Positions 39,095 to 47,406 of a stretch of DNA of 64,000 bases are shown piece after piece. Within the stretch, counting starts at the first letter, position 1. The number at the start of each line of letters is the position of its first letter. Source of the DNA: an uncultured Verrucomicrobiae bacterium (lineage in GTDB: Bacteria > Verrucomicrobiota > Verrucomicrobiia > Chthoniobacterales > UBA10450). Under the pieces are notes generated by a model, which saw only the letters and a program-made list of their open reading frames with translations, made no database searches and was not told where the DNA came from. Where the stretch lies: positions 384,001 to 448,000 of the forward strand of contig CAVTMK010000004.1 of assembly GCA_963735805.1 (NCBI GenBank), given 5' to 3'. A program made the position numbers and the translations under genes.

Positions 39095-42032
39095 GTCTCA
39101 TCCGGCTCCTGCGGCGCATACGTCATGTGGGGAGCACGGCCTCCCTCTGAGGATGCCTGTTGCAATTCTCTCTGCCGTTCTCTTCCTGTCTGGAATGGGC
39201 GCGCTGACCTTCGAGACGCTCTGGCTGAGGTTAAGCGGCCTTGCCTTTGGCAACTCGATCTGGGCCGCGGCGTTGATTCTTTCTAGTTTCATGGCAGGCC
39301 TGGCGCTGGGAAATGCGATCGCCGCATCATCGAGAATTCGGCGATGGCGAGCGCTTCATCTTTATGCTTTTCTGGAAGTGCTGGTTGCTCTGCTTGGTTG
39401 CACGATTGTTTTTGGTCTTCCGCTGCTTGGCGAAGTGTTGCGACCCGTATGGCAAATTCTGTGGAATTCTCAGCCCACACTTCTCGGGCTGCGGTTTGTC
39501 TTGTCTTTCCTAATTCTACTTATGCCGACAACTGCGATGGGTTTGACGCTTCCGGTGCTGATCGAAGATCCAATGTTGCGTCAAACCAATTTTGGACGCG
39601 CGATCGGGTTTCTGTACGGCTCGAATACTTTGGGCGCGGTGGCTGGTGCTGTGCTTGGTGAAGGTTATCTCATAGCGGCTTTCGGGCTTCGAGGCACTAG
39701 TGTGGTTGCAGGTTTGGTCAGTTGTATTGCCGCAGCGGTTGCATTGTTCGTAGCGAAATGGCATGGGGGCGGCAGCACTTATTCTTTGCAGCGGACGTTT
39801 CCACTCCAGGTGAATGTGGGGTATCGGCCGCCTTGGCGTCTCCTTTTCGTGAGCTTTGGGACGGGCGGTCTTTTACTCGCCCTGGAAGTAATTTGGTTTC
39901 GGTTTCTGCGACTATACGTCCCGTCATGTTCGACGGTCTTCGCCGTGATGCTCGCAGTTGTGCTCGGGGGAATTGGGCTCGGGAGCGTACTGGCCAGCCT
40001 GATACACCAACGCTCGGTGCACCTGGATCGGCTGCTTCCTATCCTGTTATCGGTTGCCGCGATCCTGGTGTTGCTGTCGTACTGGTTATTTCCGAGTGCG
40101 TTGGTTCCAGCATCCGTCGCAGTATTTGACCTCAGTTGGTGGCGGATCACGCTGCTATCCGCCGGTTTAATGTTTCCGGTGGCGTTCGTTTCGGGAATCC
40201 TGTTTCCATCCATCGCCACAAGTGTGCAAGCCGCTGTTGGCGACCGGATGAACAGCACTGGGATCGCCACTCTGTTTAATACGATGGGCGCAGCGCTCGG
40301 TCCGCTCCTGGCAAGTTTCGTCCTTTTGCCAGTAATCGGCTATCAGTGGAGTCTGATTGCATGCGCCGCAGGCTATGCGCTGCTGAGCATTGTGGCGGCC
40401 TTTGCAACGCGGCGACCGGAGCCCGCTTCGAAAAGGTGGACATTGCCGAACGCTCCAAAGCTCAGCGTCGCCTCCAGCGTTCTAATTGGTCTCTGGATTG
40501 TTCTGGCTTTCGTGCTTGCAATTTTTCCCTATCGACGCGCCGAGACGCACTTTGCGCATGCGAGTCGTCCTTACGAAACGCAAAGCGAGGGACAGCTGTT
40601 GGCGCGCACCGTAAAGCGGATCGAGGGCACCTCGGATACGTGGCAACTACTCCGGCGCGATCTTGCCGGCGAACCATATTACTACCGGCTCCTATGCAAC
40701 GCGTTCTCAATGTCGGCCACCAATCCGCCCGGCCAGCGTTACATGAGATTGTTTGCATATCTTCCGCTGGCTTTTCGTCCCGAATCACAAAACGTTTTAC
40801 TGATCTGCTACGGATGTGGCATCACAGCCGACGCGCTTCTTGACGGACCAAACGTCAAGCAAATGGACGTGGTGGATATTTCAAAAGAAGTATTTCGCCT
40901 GGCCGATTCCTATTCTGGAATCGGTTATACCAATCCGCTGCACGATCCACGGGCGACTACATTTATTCAGGACGGCCGTTTCTTTCTTCAAGCCGCCCCG
41001 CGCCAATACGACATCATTTCTGGCGAACCGCCTCCGCCGAAAAATGCGGGCTCGGTCAATCTTTACAGCAGGGAATTTTTTTCTCTGATGAAAGGGCGCC
41101 TCAAGGAAGGTGGAATTGCGACCTTTTGGCTACCGCTGGACCAACTAAAGCTGAATGAGGCAAAAGCCATTCTTCGCGCGTTTCACGATGTGTTTTCGAA
41201 TGCATCGGTGTGGGGAAGCGCCGATGAGAATTGGATCATGATGGGCATCAAAGGCCCCGGGCGCAAGGTGAACGAAGAGGAGTTGCGGCGATTGTGGAGC
41301 GATTCGGCGGCCGGCCCGGATTTAAGACGCATTGGCATCGAGGTCCCACAGCAGCTGGCCGCATTGTTTTTGATGGACGCTGACGAGATCGATCGCGTTA
41401 CGCGGAACGTCGCGCCGCTGACAGACAATTATCCAAAGCGATTGAGCGATGCGCCGTGGGATGAGAAAGAGAATTTTGAGTTCGCCGCGAGTTACATGGA
41501 GCCATCATCCGTCGCAGAACGCTTTCAAGGGTCGCCGCTGATCAACCGCATCTGGCCGGAGGGACTAAGTACTTCCCTGAAGTCCCTTTTCGCCGTTCGT
41601 GAGACCCGGTTCCTTTCGGAAACGGTTGGTAGCAACAAGCTGGCAGAACTCGATCTTTTTTTACGCAGCACGCGGCTGCGCATCCCAGTCTTGGAAACGC
41701 TGGGTAGCGACGAACAACGACTTGCCATCGCGCAGCGAGTCGCGCGCGAAGCGGGATCGCCGCCGGAAGAAATTGTACCGGACCTCATTGCCGGCGCGGT
41801 TGCACAACGCAATTTGGATGAAGCGATTCGGCTTCTGGAAAGTCAGAAAGATCGCGGGACGTTAGGTGTTCGTGAAACCTTGCTGCTGACGTATCTCTAC
41901 TGCTTGAATGCCAACGTGGCTAAAGCCGAAGCGCTCGTCGCTGCAAATTCCGCATTGATCAATAAGGATTCGTCGGCCGATTGGCTATGGAAAAAATTGG
42001 AATCCGATTTCGGATTCCATCTGCCAAATTAG
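39087..42032 (+). CDS. Fused multi-TM membrane domain / spermidine-synthase-like protein
   Basis: Two repeats of the E..W.R.L / GLALG / N..GA TM module, then VLLICYGCG, DGRFFL, YDIISGEPPPP and NLYSREFF; start 39087 or 39153. Confidence 0.85.
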   Translation: MNRSHPAPAAHTSCGEHGLPLRMPVAILSAVLFLSGMGALTFETLWLRLSGLAFGNSIWAAALILSSFMAGLALGNAIAASSRIRRWRALHLYAFLEVLVALLGCTIVFGLPLLGEVLRPVWQILWNSQPTLLGLRFVLSFLILLMPTTAMGLTLPVLIEDPMLRQTNFGRAIGFLYGSNTLGAVAGAVLGEGYLIAAFGLRGTSVVAGLVSCIAAAVALFVAKWHGGGSTYSLQRTFPLQVNVGYRPPWRLLFVSFGTGGLLLALEVIWFRFLRLYVPSCSTVFAVMLAVVLGGIGLGSVLASLIHQRSVHLDRLLPILLSVAAILVLLSYWLFPSALVPASVAVFDLSWWRITLLSAGLMFPVAFVSGILFPSIATSVQAAVGDRMNSTGIATLFNTMGAALGPLLASFVLLPVIGYQWSLIACAAGYALLSIVAAFATRRPEPASKRWTLPNAPKLSVASSVLIGLWIVLAFVLAIFPYRRAETHFAHASRPYETQSEGQLLARTVKRIEGTSDTWQLLRRDLAGEPYYYRLLCNAFSMSATNPPGQRYMRLFAYLPLAFRPESQNVLLICYGCGITADALLDGPNVKQMDVVDISKEVFRLADSYSGIGYTNPLHDPRATTFIQDGRFFLQAAPRQYDIISGEPPPPKNAGSVNLYSREFFSLMKGRLKEGGIATFWLPLDQLKLNEAKAILRAFHDVFSNASVWGSADENWIMMGIKGPGRKVNEEELRRLWSDSAAGPDLRRIGIEVPQQLAALFLMDADEIDRVTRNVAPLTDNYPKRLSDAPWDEKENFEFAASYMEPSSVAERFQGSPLINRIWPEGLSTSLKSLFAVRETRFLSETVGSNKLAELDLFLRSTRLRIPVLETLGSDEQRLAIAQRVAREAGSPPEEIVPDLIAGAVAQRNLDEAIRLLESQKDRGTLGVRETLLLTYLYCLNANVAKAEALVAANSALINKDSSADWLWKKLESDFGFHLPN

Positions 42033-42102
42033 AAGTCGGCAAATGGCAATCAACCCAAGCTCACATGACCATCGCGCCGACGTAATGGGAATCCGCGTTT
42101 AA

Positions 42103-43668
42103 ATGCGCCGGCACGCGCTGTTTGTTGGAGTATTCATTCTTATCGCGACGGCGCGGTTTCTGATCCTGCTGACGTCACAAACCCACGTCCATAGCGATGA
42201 GGCGATCATTGGGCTGATGGGCAAACACATCCTGGAGGGACGCTATTTTCCTTTTTACATGTATGGGCAGCCGTACAACGCCGGTGCAGCCTGGGAAGCT
42301 TATCTAGCCGCAATTGCGTTCGCATTCTTCGGCATTAGCGTCATTTCGCTCAAAGGCTGCATCGTCGTGCTCTCTTTGCTGTGCCTTTTTCTGTTTTATC
42401 GGATGTGCCTTGTGCTTTATGACCAGCAGGCCGCACTTCTGGCAACGGTCGCGTTTGCACTCGCCCCATCACTTCTCAAGTGGCATTTTCAAGTCCGAGG
42501 TTACTCCTGGTATTTCTTGTCGATCCCGATACTGACAATGCTTTTTGCATCGATCGAATCAGATCGGCCTCCTCAAAAAAGGACATTATTTTTCTTTGGG
42601 CTGGTGTCGGGTGTTAGCATCTGGTGCCTGGAGCTTGTGATTCCGCTCGTTGGCACGTTTTGGCTGCTCCTGATTTTACGCCGCAGATTCTCACTACATA
42701 ATGCGGCGTTCGCTTTGGTCGGTTTAGTGACGGGATACGCCCCAGTGATTGCATTTAACTTCACGCATCACTTTAGCAATTGGCAGTATCTGATTATTGA
42801 GAGGCCAGGAGGCGGATTGTCGTCGCTCGTCCACATTTCAGCGTACGGACGAATCTTCCTGGAAGAAATGCCGAAGTTCTTCGGCACGGACACCGTGCTC
42901 TGGTATTATCCTGAAACACCGGCATACGGTTGGCTGTTTTACTCGATTTCGCTTTTCGCCGTGGGTGCGGCGATATGGCCGTTTGCAAAATCACCCTCGA
43001 AAATCATGCGAGCGCTGCGGGGCGATCTGCCGGATCACTGGCAAAAACGAGATTTTGATATGCTCCTGCTGACCGCGGCCTCTTTTGTCCCGTATCTTAC
43101 GCAGCCTGTCGGTGTGCCCAGCTATTTCCTCGGAGGATGCTTCTTTTTGTCGGTCCTGACAGGGCGAATATTGGAACGTTCCTTTTCTTCGTCGAAGGCG
43201 CTGCTGCGGCTCGCCGGCGTCGGTGCGCTCGTCGCGATTCTGCTAACGGGCATAGCCATCATGATCAGGGTTGAACAGGAAAATCAGATCGAGACTCTCT
43301 CCTTATGCCAGGACGGCAGGAATTACTGCATGACACGAATTCCCGGGACGGACATAGACGGCGTTGAACAGTATCTGCGTCAAAACAGCGTGACATCCGT
43401 CTGGACGACGATCTCATTTGTTTATCCGTTATTGTTCGAAAGCGGCGAGAGGCTGGCCGTTTCTAATGCGATTTTTGAGTACCCCCACCGCGTTTATCCG
43501 CAGAAAATCCCTTGGCGCGAGCCCAGTCTCGATCCTGACGCCGCATTCGTCATCGAAACCGATTCGCCATTTCGGTCTCAATTGGAGACCCATTTCGCAC
43601 AAGCGTTCGGCAGGGCTCCGTCGGCTCGCGAATTCGGGAAACTGACTGTGGTCTCCAAACCAGAGTGA
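42103..43668 (+). CDS. GT-C fold (ArnT/PMT-like) membrane glycosyltransferase
   Basis: First-loop SDEA acidic motif, YGQPY, about 11 TMs, soluble C-terminal domain. Confidence 0.7.
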   Translation: MRRHALFVGVFILIATARFLILLTSQTHVHSDEAIIGLMGKHILEGRYFPFYMYGQPYNAGAAWEAYLAAIAFAFFGISVISLKGCIVVLSLLCLFLFYRMCLVLYDQQAALLATVAFALAPSLLKWHFQVRGYSWYFLSIPILTMLFASIESDRPPQKRTLFFFGLVSGVSIWCLELVIPLVGTFWLLLILRRRFSLHNAAFALVGLVTGYAPVIAFNFTHHFSNWQYLIIERPGGGLSSLVHISAYGRIFLEEMPKFFGTDTVLWYYPETPAYGWLFYSISLFAVGAAIWPFAKSPSKIMRALRGDLPDHWQKRDFDMLLLTAASFVPYLTQPVGVPSYFLGGCFFLSVLTGRILERSFSSSKALLRLAGVGALVAILLTGIAIMIRVEQENQIETLSLCQDGRNYCMTRIPGTDIDGVEQYLRQNSVTSVWTTISFVYPLLFESGERLAVSNAIFEYPHRVYPQKIPWREPSLDPDAAFVIETDSPFRSQLETHFAQAFGRAPSAREFGKLTVVSKPE

Positions 43669-43774
43669 GCCGCGGTTGAAGGTCGTTGTCCTTCGGATTC
43701 GATATCTGCAATTCTGGCGCTGAAATCTTCAGCCCAAAATTTCCCGCAAATCCGCTCGATTCAACGCGGACGAG

Positions 43775-43915
43775 GTTCAAAAAAAACTTTGAAAAAAGTG
43801 AAAAAAAAGCTTGTCACCCCCTGGCACCTTCAACTAAACGAGGAATTTGACGCGACAAGCGGGCCCGAAAAGCCGTTCAAAAAAACTTTGAAAAAAGTGA
43901 AAAAAAAGCTTGTCA
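43775..43915 (+). repeat. Two 41-42 bp direct repeats, 100 bp apart, each an A-tract module ending in a -35-like TTGTCA
   Basis: GTTCA(8)CTTTGAAAAAAGTGAAAAAAAAGCTTGTCA at 43775-43816 and GTTCA(7)CTTTG...GCTTGTCA at 43875-43915. Confidence 0.9.
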
Positions 43916-43971
43916 GCGCCACAGAGATTTAATAAGCGTGTCAAAACCTAACCAAACCAATGGAGAAACTA

Positions 43972-46900
43972 ATGACTAAAAACGTGCTAAATAAACTTGG
44001 ATTTCTTGGCGCCGCCTTGATAGCGAGCGTGGGATTTCCTCTGATTTTTGCATCGACCGCATTCGCTCAGTTGCCGGCTCCAGCTGTGCCGGCAAATCCG
44101 GCTGCGCCAGCGTCCCAGGCTGAGGTTGAGCGCGTCATTGTGACCGGCTCAAACATTCCCACCGCGGAAGAGACCGGCCCCAATCCCGTGGATACCTACC
44201 GGCCGCAGGACATCGAGAAATTGGGTATCCGAAACGCAACCGACCTGCAGACATTCCTCCCGCAGGAGGCGGGCGGAACCGTGAACCAGAACATTGGTAA
44301 TGGCGGTGATGGCACCGTCCAGATCAACCTGCGCGGTTTGTTGCCGAAAGAGACCTTAGTTCTAATCGATGGCAAGCGCGTCGCCTATGGTTCGCTGGGT
44401 GTCGCCGGTTTTAGCGGAGGCCCGGACATTCAGTTGATACCGTTTCCGATGGTCGACCACATCGACATTCTCAAAGACGGCGCCTCGGCCGTTTACGGAT
44501 CGGATGCGATAACGGGCGTAGTCAACTTCTTCCTGGTCCACAAATTCCGTGGCTTGGAGATCGGGGCCACTTACGGAAACACAAACATGGGGGCTTCCAA
44601 TGAAATGGGCGAGTGGGAGGCATGGCTCAAAGCCGGCACTGGAGATGACAAGACCGATATCGTGGTCATTGCCGATTTCTGGGAGCGCCTCGGCGGTGTT
44701 TTCAGCCGCGACCGCGATGTTTCTGCCAACGGGTTCTTTGTTCCGTTTGGAGGATTTGATGCGCGCAGCGGCAATGAGCCTGGCCGTGTGCAGGGTCGCC
44801 GTTTGCTTCCGAGCATGTTTTTTACCGCAAACAGCCCGCCGCCACATTCGGCACCCAATGCTGCGACTTCTCCATTTTACGCTAACCCTTTTGCGGTTAA
44901 TCCAAATGCATATCCGGGAGCCCCTGGTATTTTGAATCCAAACGGCTTCAATGCTCCTGGCTTTCCTCAAACCGGTACGAAATACCGGGGTGGTGGCAAC
45001 TACTTCTTCTATAACTTCGCCGCTGTTACGCCAGCGTTGCCGCCGGGAGATCGCCAGGTGTACTACGGTTCGTTCACCCGCGACCTGTGCGACAAGTACC
45101 TGACAGTGTTCGCCGACTTTAAGTATGCGCGTTCGTACTTCGATTCGTCGTTAGCCGCGGCTCCGTTTACACCGGATCCATTTAAAGCGCCGGGCACTAA
45201 CGCCTTCTTTAGTCCGAGTGGCATCAGTGTGCCAATCTCGAATCCCTTCAATCCCTTCACAGTCGGGGATGCGACTCTGGTTATTAACGGCATACCAACT
45301 CCGATGACAACTGGCGTTCGTTTTCGCTCTATCAACGATACGGGCTCAAGAAGCGAAAAGTTCACCTATTGGGACCAACTTTTCGATGTCGGTCTGCGGG
45401 GTGAGATGGGCGAATTTGGGGATTACTTCAAGACATGGAACTGGGAAGCGGGTTTCCGTTATTCTCGGAATGAAGGGCAGGATCTGTCCGTTGGCGAAGT
45501 GAGCCAGCCCGGGTTGCGCGATGCCCTGCTGGATACGAATCCTGCGACCGCGTTTAATCCGTTCTTTGGACAAAACGGCGAAAACAGCCCAAGGGCCAGG
45601 CAATCTGTCTATGTGACATTGCATAACTCTGGCGAGTATGAATTGCCTATCTATTACGCCACGTTTAACGGCGATCTGTTCAGTCTTCCAGCAGGGCCGA
45701 TTTCGTTCGCGATTGGCGGCGAGTACGACGCGCCCAGGTTCACTCGCGATCGTGACGCGCTCAATAACACGTTTTCATCGATCGGTTCGGTGGACGGGCA
45801 AAGCTTCCGTGTGAACCGGGACATCTGGGGAATCTATGAGGAAGTGCGCGTGCCGTTTACCAGTCCCACGTGGAACTTTCCTGGCTTCTACAGCTTTGAG
45901 GTGGACTTTGCCGAGCGGGAGGAATGGTACAGTCAGAACACCTCCGGGGTTCTGCCTTCGGGATTGTTCCCCGGCGGGCCGTCAGTGCACACCACGTATA
46001 ATGCGCAGAAGCCGAAGATCTCACTTCGCTGGCAACCGCTTGATCCCAAGTATATCGGCGCTGTGACGCTGCGCGGCAGCTATTCCGAGGCGTTCCACGC
46101 GCCGACGTTGGGAGAGCTTACGCCCGCTTCGTCGCAAAACTTCCCAATCGTGGCCGATCCCTTCTCTACTCAGACCGAACCACAGATTGAGGAACGCGTC
46201 CTGGGCAACCCGCTCACGCATCCGGAAACGGCTTATGAATGGACCTACGGAATTGTTTACAGTCCGAAATGGGTCAAGGGCCTGACGTTGAGCGCCGATT
46301 GGTGGCACATCGATATGCGCGACATTGTAACAGCCCTCGGCGCGCAAACCATTCTCCTGGAAAATCCACCGCCAGGACCGGGTGCGTCAACTGTTACAAA
46401 CCCCAACGGGGCGATTGTAGCCCGTGCTGCTGGTAACAACCCGCTTGAGCCCGGCCCAGTCGTGCTGGTTGTTGATCCTAGCAAGAACCTCTCTGGCGCG
46501 ATCTTCGAAGGTCTAGACTACGAGGCAATCTATATACTGGATTCGACGATCTTTGGCGGCGGCGATTGGGGAAGGTTGACCACCACGGTCAACGGCACCT
46601 GGTTGTCGCGGGCTGAGTTTCAAGCTAGCCCGGAGGTAAAGCGGGTTGGCATCGCGGGTGAATTTTTGCCGCCAGGATTTGCTCTAACCAGTTCGCTGCC
46701 GTGGAACCGGGCTAACTTCAGTATGTTCTACGACGGTCCAGCCGACACATGGATGCAGGGGTTGGATGTGGGCGCGATCGTGCACTGGACTGGTCAGTAT
46801 GAAGACGACAACGCCAGCCTTACAGGATCGACGAAGCTAAACGAGCCCCGGAGTGGCCCCCTTGGCGGTACGAGTCTTACGCCGCCGAACGGTAATGAAA

Positions 46901-47250
46901 TCCGTGCGCGCAAAGTGTCGGCATGGACGACGCTCGATCTGCTCTTGAACTACACGTTTAACATGCCACCGCCTGCCCCGGCTGAAGTCCCTGGCTATGC
47001 CAAGGATGGTGGGAAGAATGTGAAGATGAAAGATGGCAAGGACAAAAACGTGGTACCCGTCTCAACGGCCGAGTATGGCTGCAGCAATTGGCAGTGGTGG
47101 CTTAATAACACCACCGTCACGCTGGGCATGCAGAACGTGACCGACGAAGATCCGCCGTTTGTGGCTGGCTCGTTTGAGAACGGCTACGACGAGTCCATTG
47201 CGACAATTAAGGGCCGGTTCTGGTATGTCGGATTGAAGAAGCGCTTCTAA
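43972..47250 (+). CDS. TonB-dependent outer-membrane receptor
   Basis: Signal peptide, TonB box ERVIVTGS, plug motifs NLRGL...TLVLIDGKR and IDILKDGASAVYGSDAITGVVN, C-terminal GRFWYVGLKKRF; GGAG RBS before 43972. Confidence 0.95.
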   Translation: MTKNVLNKLGFLGAALIASVGFPLIFASTAFAQLPAPAVPANPAAPASQAEVERVIVTGSNIPTAEETGPNPVDTYRPQDIEKLGIRNATDLQTFLPQEAGGTVNQNIGNGGDGTVQINLRGLLPKETLVLIDGKRVAYGSLGVAGFSGGPDIQLIPFPMVDHIDILKDGASAVYGSDAITGVVNFFLVHKFRGLEIGATYGNTNMGASNEMGEWEAWLKAGTGDDKTDIVVIADFWERLGGVFSRDRDVSANGFFVPFGGFDARSGNEPGRVQGRRLLPSMFFTANSPPPHSAPNAATSPFYANPFAVNPNAYPGAPGILNPNGFNAPGFPQTGTKYRGGGNYFFYNFAAVTPALPPGDRQVYYGSFTRDLCDKYLTVFADFKYARSYFDSSLAAAPFTPDPFKAPGTNAFFSPSGISVPISNPFNPFTVGDATLVINGIPTPMTTGVRFRSINDTGSRSEKFTYWDQLFDVGLRGEMGEFGDYFKTWNWEAGFRYSRNEGQDLSVGEVSQPGLRDALLDTNPATAFNPFFGQNGENSPRARQSVYVTLHNSGEYELPIYYATFNGDLFSLPAGPISFAIGGEYDAPRFTRDRDALNNTFSSIGSVDGQSFRVNRDIWGIYEEVRVPFTSPTWNFPGFYSFEVDFAEREEWYSQNTSGVLPSGLFPGGPSVHTTYNAQKPKISLRWQPLDPKYIGAVTLRGSYSEAFHAPTLGELTPASSQNFPIVADPFSTQTEPQIEERVLGNPLTHPETAYEWTYGIVYSPKWVKGLTLSADWWHIDMRDIVTALGAQTILLENPPPGPGASTVTNPNGAIVARAAGNNPLEPGPVVLVVDPSKNLSGAIFEGLDYEAIYILDSTIFGGGDWGRLTTTVNGTWLSRAEFQASPEVKRVGIAGEFLPPGFALTSSLPWNRANFSMFYDGPADTWMQGLDVGAIVHWTGQYEDDNASLTGSTKLNEPRSGPLGGTSLTPPNGNEIRARKVSAWTTLDLLLNYTFNMPPPAPAEVPGYAKDGGKNVKMKDGKDKNVVPVSTAEYGCSNWQWWLNNTTVTLGMQNVTDEDPPFVAGSFENGYDESIATIKGRFWYVGLKKRF

Positions 47251-47274
47251 AGCGAAGACTAGAATAATTTACAG

Positions 47275-47311
47275 CGGCCGGGCTCCACTAGAGCCCGGCC
47301 GTTTTGCTTTT
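47275..47311 (+). terminator. Rho-independent terminator after the receptor gene
   Basis: CGGCCGGGCTC-CACTA-GAGCCCGGCCG-TTTTGCTTTT. Confidence 0.85.
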
Positions 47312-47406
47312 GGATACGACGACAATTCGCCGCTATCACAGACGCGACACGCCAAATGTCAGTCGCGTATAGAGAAATGTTTGTTATCGTGCGCAGCGCG
47401 TTGCTT

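Noticed and set aside
43775..43915. CRISPR array
   Set aside because: Only two repeats, a 58-bp gap, A-tract composition and no cas genes; better explained as a promoter duplication.
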